Assembly (NCBI RefSeq): GCF_006345805.1
Contig: NC_042999.1
Location: forward strand, 134,912,001 to 134,976,000
Length of the DNA stretch: 64,000 nucleotides
Source of the DNA: Octopus sinensis
Taxonomy: Eukaryota
Reading direction: 5' to 3'
Shown in pieces: positions 1 to 12,192 of the stretch. The number at the start of each line of letters is the position of its first letter. Within the stretch, counting starts at the first letter, position 1. The notes below the pieces were generated by a model. It did not search any database and was not told the DNA's origin. It saw only the letters and a list, made by a program, of their open reading frames with translations. The position numbers were made by a program, and so were the translations under genes.

Positions 1-89
1 TGCATGTTTTTAAATTGTTGACTATTCTGGTTGAGGCCCAATTGACAACGCAAGGCTATAGAATTGCAAACATCAAGAGACATTAAATA

Positions 90-900
90 CCTTCAGTTCC
101 TTGATTGAATTGGTCTTGTACCATAACCATTATCTTTTAAGTATCACAATGAAATAAATTCCAGTGGTATGAGGTCCTGTGAACGCGTAAAAAATTCTTC
201 TGAACCTCTTCGTCCAAACCACCTCCCCGGCAAAATCGCATCAAGATAGGTCCTTACATTACTATGTTAGTGTGGGGACACTCGCCGTCTTACTGGAAAT
301 GGAATTTCACACTTTCAAAATACTTCTGAATGCTTGGCATGACAAATTGTTGCAGCAAGTTCAAGTAAATTGGACCACTCACAGTACCATAAAACAAAAA
401 TGGTCAAATTAATCATACTATAAACCCTAATAAATTAACCTGCTTTTCTATAAAATGCAGATTCTCAGATCCGCAGTAAGTGCAATCGTGACACTTAATT
501 ACGCCAATTAATTTAAATGTAACATCATCACTCAGGACAATTTTGTAGGAAAGTGTGCATCTTCTACGCATCTTGGCAAGTGTCACTCACAAAACAACAC
601 TTTTCGGCCCGAATCGGCTTCAATGAGAGCATGACAGCGCTTCAAAATGCGATGAACACTCGGTTTTGAAATTTCTATTGAACTCTAGCAATACGTTTTG
701 AGTACACTATCGTGCTTTGTGTCCGCGGTCTTCTGGAACGTTTCTTGTGGACATTCTGAGCAGTTTTATCTGCTTCAGACTTATCTCTAATTCGAGGGAC
801 AGTACATCGTGTTTGAAACTCTCTACTAAACTGTCTTTGCATATTGGATTGAGTTTTACAAACTTTCAGTTGCACTTTAGAGTAAATTTCCTTTTTTCAA
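90..900 (-). mobile_element. Degenerate Tc1/mariner-superfamily transposase remnant (DD37D/DD41D-like, DUF4817-type N-terminus); duplicated at ~17090-17900
   Basis: Minus-strand translation gives N-terminal MQRQFSREFQTR...RIRDKSEADKTAQNVHKKRSRRPRT (ORF 675..875). It also gives catalytic-region FQ*DGECPH...VRTYLDAILPGRWFGRRGSEEFFTRSQDLIPLEF, matching the FQQDGAPPH...GRWIGR.G...WPPRSPDLTPLDF consensus. Multiple stops; TIRs not resolved. Confidence 0.7.
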
Positions 901-1010
901 GGCTTAGTCTGGTTCTTTTCATAATTTCAAAGCTTTAAATCTCAAAAGAAATAAAAATTAGGTGAGCTTTCAGGTGTTGAAGTGTGTATACATTGAGACA
1001 TGCTACAAGT

Positions 1011-1189
<179 letters not shown>

Positions 1190-1240
1190 ACATATGTGTG
1201 TATCTATTATACTTCTAATCTTTATTTGCAGAGAACCATA

Positions 1241-1585
1241 ATGAGGTATTTAATCTTGATTCTAACGCTGACCGTGACCGTTGTTTGTGCAGATGATTTT
1301 AACATAATAAAATCATTCACAAAATGTTACAAGAATTTCCAAAACAATGCTTTTGAATCGAACAAGAGGCAGGAGTGGCAGAAATACTGTTTGGATAACA
1401 ACCCTTATGTTCGGAAACGTTTTGGAGGTTGGGTTAACCAAATTCCAAACATTCATGACTATAATAATATGGGAGATGGTCCAAAGCCTATTAGGTCAAA
1501 GCAGGTCAGAAAGGAATATAGAATGCTCACTACAAAAGAGAGAAACGATTTCCATCACGCCATTAATCTATTAAAACAAGATACG
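1241..1585 (+). CDS. Tyrosinase-like gene copy 1, coding exon 1 (signal peptide, N-terminal RKE(Y)R motif)
   Basis: Acceptor tttatttgcag at 1231, ATG at 1241, MRYLILILTLTVTVVCA signal-like peptide, VRKEYRMLTTKERNDFHHAINLLK typical of tyrosinase N-termini, donor ACG|gtaagt at 1586 (phase 0). Confidence 0.9.
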
Positions 1586-1821
1586 GTAAGTTCTTTAGTT
1601 GATATCAGTTAATTAGCAAATTTAATCAACAATTTTTACTGTACTTTATTACAAATTCAGCAAATTTATTAATTTTCTTACACATGAAATTCGACAGTAT
1701 GTGACCTCATGCAATGTCCCAATGGTGTTGGTAACCTAAGTAAGGCGCAACATTTGTAATAAAATAGTAATCAATTATAGAGTTTAATTGTTGCTACAGC
1801 CGACGATATTGGAGCTAAAGT

Positions 1822-2430
1822 AAGGCGGCGAGCTGGAAGAAACGTTAGCACGCCGGGCGAAATGCGTAGCCGTATTTCGTCTGTTCTGAGTTCAAATTCC
1901 TCCGAGGTCGACTTTGCCTTTCATCCTTTCGGGGTCGATAAATTAAGTACCAGTTAAGCACTGGGGTCGATGTAATCGACTTAATCCGTTTGTCTGTCCT
2001 TGGTTGTCCCCTCTGTGTTTAGCCCCTTGTGGGTAGTAAAGAAATATGTATTTCGTCTATCTTTAAGTTCTGAGCTCAAATTCCGCCGAGGTCGACTTTG
2101 CCTTTCATCCTTTCGGAGTCGAAAAATTAAGCACCAGTTGAGTACTGGGGTCAATCTAATCGACTTTCCCATTCCCCCATTATTTCGGGCCTTGTACCTA
2201 GAGAAGAAAAGGATATTGAAGCTAGAGTAAGGCGGCGAGCTGGCAAAAACGTTAGCACGCCGGGCGATGCTTAGCGGTATTTCGTATATCTTTACGTTCT
2301 GAGTTTAAATTCCGGCGAGATCGACTTTGCCTTTCGTCCTTTCGTGGTCGATAAATTAAGTATCATTCGCGTACTGGCCCCCTCCCCAATAAATTTGGGC
2401 CTTCTGCCTACAGCAGAAAAGGATTTTGTA
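1822..2430 (+). mobile_element. Tandem trio of tRNA-derived SINEs (family A) in tyrosinase intron; duplicated at 18759-19370
   Basis: A-box-like GGCGAGCTGG and B-box GAGTTCAAATTCC followed by gaggtcgactttgcctttcatcctttcgg; many further copies in the window. Confidence 0.85.
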
Positions 2431-2435
2431 GCTAA

Positions 2436-2484
<49 letters not shown>

Positions 2485-2523
2485 CTTTATAATAACTAAT
2501 AATGGTCACTTTTTTTTATTTAG

Positions 2524-2636
2524 AGGTTGAAACCAAATGTTTATGATGCGATCGCCTTCCTCCATTCTGGTCCCACGGTTATAAACGCTCACGCTGGCCC
2601 ATCGTTTTTAGCTTGGCACAGAATCTACCTTAACAT
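2524..2636 (+). CDS. Tyrosinase-like gene copy 1, coding exon 2 (CuA site); absent from ORF track
   Basis: Acceptor ttttttatttag| then RLKPNVYDAIAFLHSGPTVINAHAGPSFLAWHRIYLN(M), with three CuA histidines (H...AH.GP.FL.WHR). Donor AT|gtaagt at 2637 (phase 2), matching exon 3. Confidence 0.92.
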
Positions 2637-2777
2637 GTAAGTATTTTCTTCCACACGTAAGAATTACTTTTGAACATTATTTATATTTGTTTTTATACCG
2701 TATTCTTCGAATATTTTAATACTTCATAAATCTTAGATCGATAATATATATGTTTATATATGTACACATGCACACGC

Positions 2778-2860
<83 letters not shown>

Positions 2861-3474
2861 TATTAGTATGTATTTATATAGGTATATATGTATGTATGTA
2901 TGCATGCATGTATGTAAGTATAATACACCCTAATGACTAAGCCACACGTCTTCACAGAAAAGTCCAGTGGTTACTAATATAAGAATCGAACTCTTTGCTT
3001 ATTCTTACTTGTCAAATAAGTTCGATGATTTCCTAGAAATTTTTTAACGAGTTCCTTCATATTCATATGAGATGGGAACGGGAAGAAATATACGGCCTCA
3101 ACATTTAGGATTAACATCTAGCGTTTAGAGACCCAAAGAGCAAGGAAGACTTCAAATTAAGTTTCTAGATTATGTCAATCACAGAGCATTTTGTTCATCT
3201 TACACTCAAACATTAGAGCAAGATTACATTTTCTTTACTGATTCTAATGATACGGAGTCATCCATAGCGCCCCCATAATCATAATCACCACTTTAGTTTA
3301 ATCATATACTCGATCTTTTTCATCATTATCACCACTACCATCATCATCATCGCCATCATCATCATCATCATCATCGCCATCATCATTATCAGCAGCAGCA
3401 GCAGCAGCATCGTCATCATCTTCGCTTTATTTATTGTATAATTTTTCTTTTTGTTTTTCATTTCATTTCCTCAG

Positions 3475-5032
3475 GATGGAAGAAGCTCTTAATACAAAGA
3501 TGCCAGGAATAACAATTCCGTATTGGGATCCAACACTTGACAGCTCTCTTGATGATCCTCGAGATTCCATTATCTGGACGGATAAATTCTTGGGAAATAT
3601 TAATGGAATTGTTAATTGTGGTCCGTTTGCTAACTGGAGCACACCAGCTGGGCCTCTGATAAGGAATGGTGGTTTTATTAGTAACTTACCAACTAATCGC
3701 GACATAGAAAATATTCTGAGCCGATGGAGACTTGCAGATATCACCGAACCAAATGCGATTATTAAATACAATTTGGAATTTCACCACAATTCTATGCACA
3801 ATTTTATTGGAGGACATTTAGGTCAACCAGAAACCTCTCCCATGGATCCAGTTTTCTGGCTAATCCACAGCTATATAGATCTTCTTATGAATCGTTTCAA
3901 TGAGAACCAAAAGAAGCACAATGTCGATCCTGCAACAGATTATCCATTAAATTATGGTTTACCAGTTTATGGTCCTGATCAAAAAATTGTTCTGAAGAAT
4001 ATAACAATCAGAGAAGCATTAAAACAAGCTCAATCTTCTAATTATGTTCCTCTATATGACTACGCTATACTGGAGATGCCATGTTACGAAAATTCAAATT
4101 TTCTTCCTTCTCCATATCTAACTTGCCACAAGGGAAGATATCAGACGAAAACTAGAAAATCAGCTGGTTGCAATGCTCTTATTCCCTATCAGAATATGTT
4201 TTGTATTAACCGTAAATGTGATCTAAAAGAATGGCATTTATTCCAGTTGAAGTAATTTACGAACGACCTTTCGAAACGATGAAATTTGGAAATTTCCCGA
4301 TCAGAAATGGCATACCAGATTTACTGACTGATCTATACGACAATAATATACCCCAAAATATCTCATCTAGTAACTCTACTTGCCGAAGTAAAAAGTGTTG
4401 TGGCCCCGCGGGAAGAGTCAGTGTGCAAGCCAGTGGCATCAATTATTTTGGTAACTATGAAGAAATGGTGATAGTTGATCGTAGATTAGCTGTGTCATCG
4501 GATATAGCCTACATTGGTATCAGAAGACCTACAACAAACTTCAGTCTGGTATTTACGACAGTTTCAGAACAATGTGGAAGAATATGTCGTCCTTCTTGCT
4601 TAGTGCCGGGTTCAAATCCACCGAGGTACACAGAATGTATAGGTCTGTTGAACTTAACTCACAATGATGCTCATTTCTACGGCAATACTCTGGCAGAAGC
4701 TTACATGAAAGTGTGGGATTATAAAAACCAGATACGACCGAAAGTAAGACACGAGAATATACCAATCGTATACCATTGTGATGACAGCCTGTGGCCATTT
4801 AACAACACCGACTATACAACAACAACAACACCATCATCTTGGACAACAGCGTCAACACGTACACGAACCACAACTACTACTACCACTACTACAACTCCAA
4901 CAACTACAACACCAACAACTACAACACCAACAACTACAACACCAACAACAACAAGTTGGGTATGGAGAACAACAACACCAACAACAAGATGGGAGTGGAA
5001 AACAACGACAAGCAGTGGTGATAGTAATATCT
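3475..5032 (+). pseudogene. Tyrosinase-like gene copy 1, coding exon 3 (CuB, Cys-rich domain, Thr/Pro linker), frameshifted as assembled
   Basis: Acceptor tcatttcctcag| at 3474, PYWD motif, CuB HHNSMHNFIGGH...DPVFWLIH, donor ATCT|gtaagt at 5033. Reads gaatggcatt at 4229-4238 versus gaatgggcatt in copy 2, so one G is missing, giving a stop at 4253-4255. May be a sequencing error. Confidence 0.85.
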
Positions 5033-5979
5033 GTAAGTATTTCATTTATCCACTCCTTTAATGAATGCATGTCTGTTTACGATATATATGTATCATATAC
5101 AATACAGGATTTTATATAATTTATTACAAAATCTGTTGATTCACTTATTTTTTCTTCTCAACAAGAGCCACGCCTGTTACTTATTTCCTTCCAAGTATTT
5201 TACATCAATAATCTCAACATATAACTAAGTGGTTGAGAGGCAGAGGCAGAGGCAGAGTAGAGCGAAAGATTAAATGTCTTGTATTTAATAATGTATCTTT
5301 ACTTTCTAAATTCAAATTCTCTTTGGATCAACTTTGGGTTTCACCATTCCGGTGCAGATAAAATAAGACCTGTGCCACGTGTCTAAAGTTTCATTTATAA
5401 GCTAAAGTCATTGAAAAGAAGAAATGTTAAACCAACAATGGCAGAGAAAAATGTGTGTCGATGCTAGAAATCATTATGTAATCAGTATTACAGCTATGCA
5501 TATCCTTAAAGCAAAACTAAGGACACGATTCCCCTACTTTTCTTATTTATAATATGTTTCTGATTTATAGCATTATCACATTCTAATTCGCAACATCCCT
5601 ATAATCTTAATTACGAAGTTCCTGAAATTAGTTTCATGAACCTCAATATTTTCGTGCATATTATTATCCACGAGAAAACCAATAATTAATATATTTATGC
5701 TTCATGTGATATTATATGAACCTTCTAAACTAGTTTGCAAGCATTCTTCACTATGGATGATAAAGCTAAAATTTGAAACATCGTTTATTCGGCTATAGGT
5801 TCACTTCAAAATGAAATACATGTGCATTTTAATATATATTGGAAAAATTACTAAAATATACCCCACTCACCCATCTTTTTCGTACCATTAAATCACTCCA
5901 TAATGTTTCCTTAAATTATATCTGATAAATCATACAAGATATAACATTTTTGCATCTCGTTTTTCTTTTTTCATTCCAG

Positions 5980-6191
5980 TTTGTAAAGTCGATAACTCTT
6001 GTGTAATCCCATCGAGATGTAGCTGTTCATACATGGAAAAGAAACCTTGCATGCAACTGTGCTCCCGATACGCCATATGTATTTACGGACAATATTTCGT
6101 TTTAAATTGCGGTTCTGGATTTAGATACAACCACCAACTGAAGCAGTGTGTTCGAGGATACTGCTCACACAGATACTTATCAAAGATATAG
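5980..6191 (+). CDS. Tyrosinase-like gene copy 1, coding exon 4 (Cys-rich CBM14/peritrophin-A-like chitin-binding module, stop codon); absent from ORF track
   Basis: Acceptor ttttcattccag| at 5979; phase 1 join gives FCKVDNSCVIPSRCSCSYMEKKPCMQLCSRYAICIYGQYFVLNCGSGFRYNHQLKQCVRGYCSHRYLSKI*. Spacing C-x5-C-x9-C-x12-C fits CBM14. Confidence 0.82.
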
Positions 6192-6563
6192 ATTTCACAC
6201 AAAATTACCGTTAATAATACCGTCACTTTCACATCCAACATTTGCTGTTAATATCAGAAATGTTGTTAGTCTTATTTATACGAAACCTATCGTCTATTAT
6301 TTAAATTAGTTGTTGTGTTTTTGTACTAAGTAACCAACAACAAATACATTAGTTTAGCTGTGCTAAACTGCCTTATAATCACCATAACCCCAAAATGATA
6401 TATTATTTAATATTTATGTCAAGTTGTCACCACATCCGGTTTTGAGTGAGGTTAATGACTACATTACACATACACACATACTTTGTATGTGTCTATATAT
6501 ACATGTATGTATACACATACACATCCATCCATCCATCCATCCATCCATCCATCCATCCATGCA

Positions 6564-6595
<32 letters not shown>

Positions 6596-9469
6596 CATAC
6601 ATACATACATACATACTTGCATATACATATGCATACTCACATGTGGTACATATTTATCTATTCATTCTCCTTGATGTCGACGATGATCATAGTTTATTTC
6701 TAAACTGTCGTTATTTTTATGACGAAATGCTGTGATCTGTAACAGAAGATCATTGATGCTGATCTTCGAAAATTATATTAACATTACATTCATACATATT
6801 TCACCCATTTTTCGTTCTGACGATGTAGCTCCATATCTTTAAAATCCATCCATTTCTTTGAGAAAGGCATTAAAGATGCATCTTCATATTTACCAATGAT
6901 ATCACACCCACACCACCGCAGAAATATTTGGGCATCAGGCCTCTTTTTCACTGACAATAAGAGCTATATATTTTAAACTATATAACTTTATGTTACGAAC
7001 GATGATAATTGTACTTGTTATAAACAATATCCCTTTGTTGTAAATGTCATATGTGATTATTGTTAAATAATAAATTATTTATTTCACGAATTATTTGCCT
7101 TATTGTTTATACTTACTTCACCGAATCTCATAAAGCAGACTTTGCGCCGATATAAAAAAAATGTTATTGTTATCGTGTAAGAGAAGTTACTGTATAGTTT
7201 CACGTTTTTAATAGTTTACGACGTGGTTATTTCGCCTAGAAAGCTTTATTTAATCCCAGATCAGTCTTGATCAAACTGATTAGGGATTAAACAATAACAA
7301 GCACTGTATATTACTAATTGAATCATCACATAAAAGACTTGATGTGCAACAAATTCCGAATAGATGTTAAAAGGTTCAGGCAACCAGCTCAGTAACAAAA
7401 GTGATTGAAATGATTGTATGAGTAACTCGGGGGTGCATACTAGTCTCACTTGGGTATGCATCTGCCTAGAAAGCGCAACACAACAGACAACAATTGATTT
7501 TTACATCATGTCCACAGGAAAAGAAACACATTATAAGCTTCTATTCATTCAGAATTCCTTAATTATGGAAGAGAGTGATTCTGAAATCTAGATATTCATT
7601 ATTATATTTTAAAAAGCGGTATAGACGTACGATATTAATAAAAAAAAATCTATTGTTTTTACTGGAGTTTTTGGGGATTTTTTGGGGGGGGGTGGTTGTA
7701 ATAGCAGTTAGTACTCAGGAAACATTTTCATAAGACAGAGAAGGAAAATCATCATTTCAAATGCAATAGTATTATTCAGATCTAAAATCGTTAAAACAAT
7801 GATTTTAAAACGTACTTCTTTTAGATATATCCACCATAAATTAAACTTCCCTGGTCTTTATATTTTGGAAATTTGGACATGGTTTGGAAATATGGATATG
7901 GCCAGTATCCAAATTTGGATATGGTTAATGCTCGATTTGAGGAAAAAGTGAATTGTGAATACTGAGTACTTAACGCAAGGTCTGGCAATATCTAAAATGA
8001 CTTTCAACTGATTTATAAAGATTCACTCGCAAAAGGTTTCTTCTCCCCATTTCTTCTGTACCTTCTGCTCTTTTGAACTAGCAAGCTACATACAATGTAC
8101 CTCTGAAATAAACTAATATACTCGCCTTTCCATCTCTCAACATTCTTATTTCTTTCCACTCACCTCCCAAAACTCTGCATGTGGCACATTTTGCTATCAC
8201 TTTTCTCGCAAACAGCATCCTTCGGATTTCACTCACTATCTACGTTTTTCCTATTGGCCTCAACGTTATAACTTATCATTATGGGAAGGCCTGCAAAATC
8301 CAGGACGCTAACTCACATCCTCAGTAAACGTGTTTTTAATGCGCAGTAGGGATGAGTTTAAATGGAAAATATATGCTGTATATGAGTTTAAATGGAAAAT
8401 ATATGCTGTAAGTTCAAAGTAGAAGACGTCTTTGTAGTAGCAACAGAAGAGACATAAAACGCACAAGTCATCGATGTAGGCTATTCCCCATGGACGAGTG
8501 AGAATGTGAGAAGTTGTTGTAGTAACAAAAAAAAAAGAGGGAGATGACATACAAGTTACTGGCGTTACTATTCCTCGTGTGGATGTGGGAGTTAGATGCA
8601 TCGTACACTTATTGAATACATATATCATAGTTTTGGAACGGTCTCGTGTTTACAGATGTAGGTTCGAGTTCCACAGACAGCCGTTGATTATTTCTATTTC
8701 CAGGCTTTTTTAACCCAATATTTACAGGCTATTATTCATAGCTTTATTTCGAGATTCACCGTTCCAAAAACAATTATTTCACGTTCAGGTGAAATAGTTA
8801 TATATGTGTGTGTATGTGGGTACATTACACACACATATATACATACATGCATACATACATACATACATACACACATACATACATACATACACACATACAT
8901 ACATACATACATACATACATACGTACATACATACATACATACATACATACATACATACAACTAATAAGCACTACAAGACTGTCATGTAATACAACAAACT
9001 ACAATTCTTACACGTTTTCAAGAAGAGCATCCTTAACAACCCCAGAATATGAAAACTTGGTCCCATCATCTCAGTTTTAAAGCTTAACAAAAAACTTAAC
9101 AAGAACAAGAGTCGTATCATACAGATACATCACCGTCTATGAACAATCTCAACTATTCGGGCTAACATACCTGTACTCAACACCTCCTTAACTTTTCAGC
9201 ATTTAAGCAGCCAATATCTGCCTAAACTTTTTATGTGACTTATGTTCAAATCGGCCAGATATGGGCTCTCACAGCTACCCTACAATGTCATTTTTAAAAT
9301 AAACAGTCACATCATCAAAATCTCGAAGATACGAGATAATGCATGATTAATTCAAAAGTTATGTGAATAAATATGCATTGCACTTGGCAAAATGATCTGA
9401 ATGCTAAATGGTTAAGAAACAACACAAAGTGTTCTATATTTAAGAGTTGAGAAATTATATACATTATTT

Positions 9470-10665
9470 ACATTATTTACAATTGACTGATATTTGTCCT
9501 CATCTTTGTTGTTAACACAACGTTTCAGCTGATATACCCTCTAGCCTTCATCAGGTGTCTAGGGGAAATTTCGACCTGGGTTCCAGCAGGCAAGGGAAAT
9601 GCTACAAGTGGTGATGAACAAGTCTGACTACTCGAAAAAACTAGCAAGTCTTATAAGTGATGGTAGCTATAGCAAAGTAAAGAAAGACCCTACTTTGAAA
9701 ACAGAGAGCAAGTTGTCACAGATCTTGATCAAGAACAAGGATCACTTTGCACCAATGAAGTACAGACAACTGACTCAACACTACAGCAAACTACCACACG
9801 TGTACGGTCTTCCTAAGATTCACGAGGATGGTATTCCATTAAGAGCTATAGTGAGCTGTAGCGGTTCAGCATGTCATCCACTGAGCTGCTTCCTTGTGGA
9901 TATAATCAGTCCATTAGCAGAAAAGTCAACATCGTATGTGAAGAATTCCACCCACTGAATCCAACCAGATGGTGAGTCTAGTCTGTTCACCAAAGTCTCA
10001 ACTGGTGAGGCACTATCGGTGATTCAAGAAAAACTAGTGACAGACACCCATCTAAAAGAACGTACTAGTATACCACTAAGAAATTTGATGGAAATGTTGA
10101 CCTTCTGTATAGAAACTACCTACTTCAGTATGGACACTGATATATATCGACAAAAAGTGGGTTTAGCTATGGGTTCACCATTATCACCAATAATAGCCAA
10201 TATATACATGGAATACATTGAGAATTTGGCTTTAGGATCAACACCACTAAAACCAACCCTATGGCCGCGATACGTTGATGACACCTTTATACTCTAGCTC
10301 CACCAGGAAGATGTCCAAGTGTTGTTAGATCATGTGAACTCAATAAAGCCATCCATACAGTTCACAATGGAAAAAGAAAAAAACAATCAACTAGCATTCT
10401 TGGACGTATTAATAACACGCACCAAGGATGGATTCAGAACATGCGTATACCGCAAACCGACCTTCACTGAACGATACCTCAACTTCACAACTCCCATCAC
10501 CACCACCAACAACAACATCGAAAAATACCTTAGAAAAGAGAACCCAGGTTCGAAATTTCCCCAAGACACCTGATAAAGGCTAGATGGTATATCAGCTGAA
10601 ACGTTGAGGTCAGCTGAAACGTTAAGGACAAAATAAGGACAAATATCCGTCAATTGTAAATAACG
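9470..10665 (+). mobile_element. 5'-truncated Penelope-like element (RT fragment) flanked by inverted ~110-bp terminal repeats
   Basis: PLE RT motifs YGLPKIHEDGIPLRAIVS, LAMGSPLSPIIANIYME and RYVDDTF. 9476-9582 is the reverse complement of 10541-10660. Confidence 0.85.
9514..9559 (-). ncRNA. Minimal type I hammerhead ribozyme motif in PLE terminal repeat
   Basis: Minus strand reads GACAC-CTGATGA-AGGCTAGAGGGTATATCAGCT-GAAAC-GTT-GTGTT: catalytic cores CUGAUGA and GAAA, stem I ACAC/GUGU, palindromic AACGUU stem III, GUU triplet. Confidence 0.65.
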
Positions 10666-11215
10666 AGTACAAAGTGTTGCTTAATTAACTACATCCTATG
10701 TCATCTAATTTGTGTAGTATAATCTGTGCAGTATACAAGGACCTAACTACCGGAACGTGTGATTTCTCGAATTTGGTACACTTGCTTTTGTATAACTTGT
10801 CTCTAGACAATCTCTCACAACCTTATATGAAGATAAGATTACACTCACATTCTCCCATCATTCTTTAATAACAGTTGCGTAATTACTTCAAACTTTCATC
10901 AATTACCTAGATAGCTGGTTGCAAAACAACTGTAGACCAACCAAACTCATTACCTTCCCGACCTGCAACACCCGAGGACATTAAATACAACCAATCATCA
11001 CATTCGAAAACATAACTAAAACACTGAAAACAAATATACTAGTATCTATCAATCTCTATCTCTCTCTCTTCATATATATACAAGCTTGCTTCCCTACACA
11101 TGGTTCTGGGTTCAGTCCCATTGCGTAGCAACTTAGGCAAGTGTGTTCTACTGTAGACTCAGGCCGACCAAAGCCTTGCGAGTGGATTTGGTAGATGGAA
11201 ACAGAAAGACGCCCG

Positions 11216-11256
<41 letters not shown>

Positions 11257-11862
11257 TGTGTGTTGAAGCAAATAGGAGAAAAAGAACGCTTAGTAAGAGC
11301 ATATATATTTTTTAATCGGTTGTAAAGTTACATAAGTGGCTCAAGATCTGTGAGTTTGTCATACAAGAGACTCTCGGCTCATTTTAAGTTAACCCTGTAA
11401 CCTGTCCTTCTGGAGTTTCCCCACATGTGATCGATTTTTCTCAAACAAGGTTAAAAAAACTGAATAAAGGATAAAGATATCTCGTTGTGACAGAGGAAAC
11501 ATGATAATATGCGATTAGCTGAACATACAAATCGGCTTTTGGCCAAGGTCAACAGAAAAGAACACCAGGGTGAAGGAGAAGGGTGAGCAAAAGTCTGTGT
11601 ATGTAGAAGAAGGAAAAGAGAAAGAGAAAGAGAAAACGAGATGTTCTCTTTCGCATACCTGCGTGTAAAAACAATTTTTCTTGTTAATGAACAGACACTT
11701 CTACAGTGACAAAAAACATTATTATATATTCCCCAGATTAATGTAAATCCCATTTAATACACAACCTGTTCATTCTGATGCATAACTGTAGATTCCTTCG
11801 ATACAATGTAAACAGAGATAACCAAAGAAGAAATAACAGCAATTATCGAAATAGTGAGTCAT

Positions 11863-12069
11863 TGTTACACATTCATATCTATGTGTATACGTGTATCCCC
11901 ACTCTTGGCACTATTTTGTTAGTGAATAGTACAACTGTGTGTAAAGTATATAATGTATTACTACGCTGAAGGTCGAGTCCGTGTAACATGTAAAGCAAAT
12001 AAACACGTAACAATAACAATGGTTTTCATTTGGTTGTCTATCCCATTAGAACCCGAACTACACACAACA
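11863..12069 (+). repeat. 5' LTR (207 bp)
   Basis: Begins TGTTACAC, ends CACAACA; differs from the 3' LTR by 4 substitutions and 1 indel by eye. Confidence 0.95.
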
Positions 12070-12082
12070 TGGTGGCAGCGGT
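12070..12082 (+). other. Primer-binding site complementary to a tRNA-Leu 3' end
   Basis: TGGTGGCAGCGGT immediately after the 5' LTR is the reverse complement of ...ACCGCUGCCACCA, the 3' end of eukaryotic tRNA-Leu(AAG/UAG)-type tRNAs. Confidence 0.8.
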
Positions 12083-12192
12083 AAATAATTAATCGGGAAC
12101 TGTGCCTTTACAACGAAACAGAAACACAACGAACGAGGAATTAACAAACGAAATATCGCTTCGTCTTCGGACAACAAACACGACGATCCAAG

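Noticed and set aside
449-481. TATAAAA at 449 with CAGT/GTAAGT about 26 nt downstream as the tyrosinase promoter
   Set aside because: Spacing is off, it lies inside the mariner remnant, and the 16365/16396/16437 arrangement fits better. The donor-like AG|GTGAGC at 961-962 is likewise TE-derived and unsupported.
3434-3474. ORF-track start MYNFSFCFSFHFLR (also 20353, and MCIYY/MCVSI at 1196/18130)
   Set aside because: These are intronic polypyrimidine tracts read in frame; the real exon starts follow the AG acceptors.
4778-5119. Gln/His-rich, Val-rich, Asn-rich and Cys-rich ORFs overlapping the linker
   Set aside because: Alternative frames of the ACA/ACT-based Thr repeat in tyrosinase exon 3.
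7069-7074. AATAAA as the tyrosinase polyadenylation signal
   Set aside because: The hexamer is common in this AT-rich DNA and there is no transcript evidence to choose among candidates.
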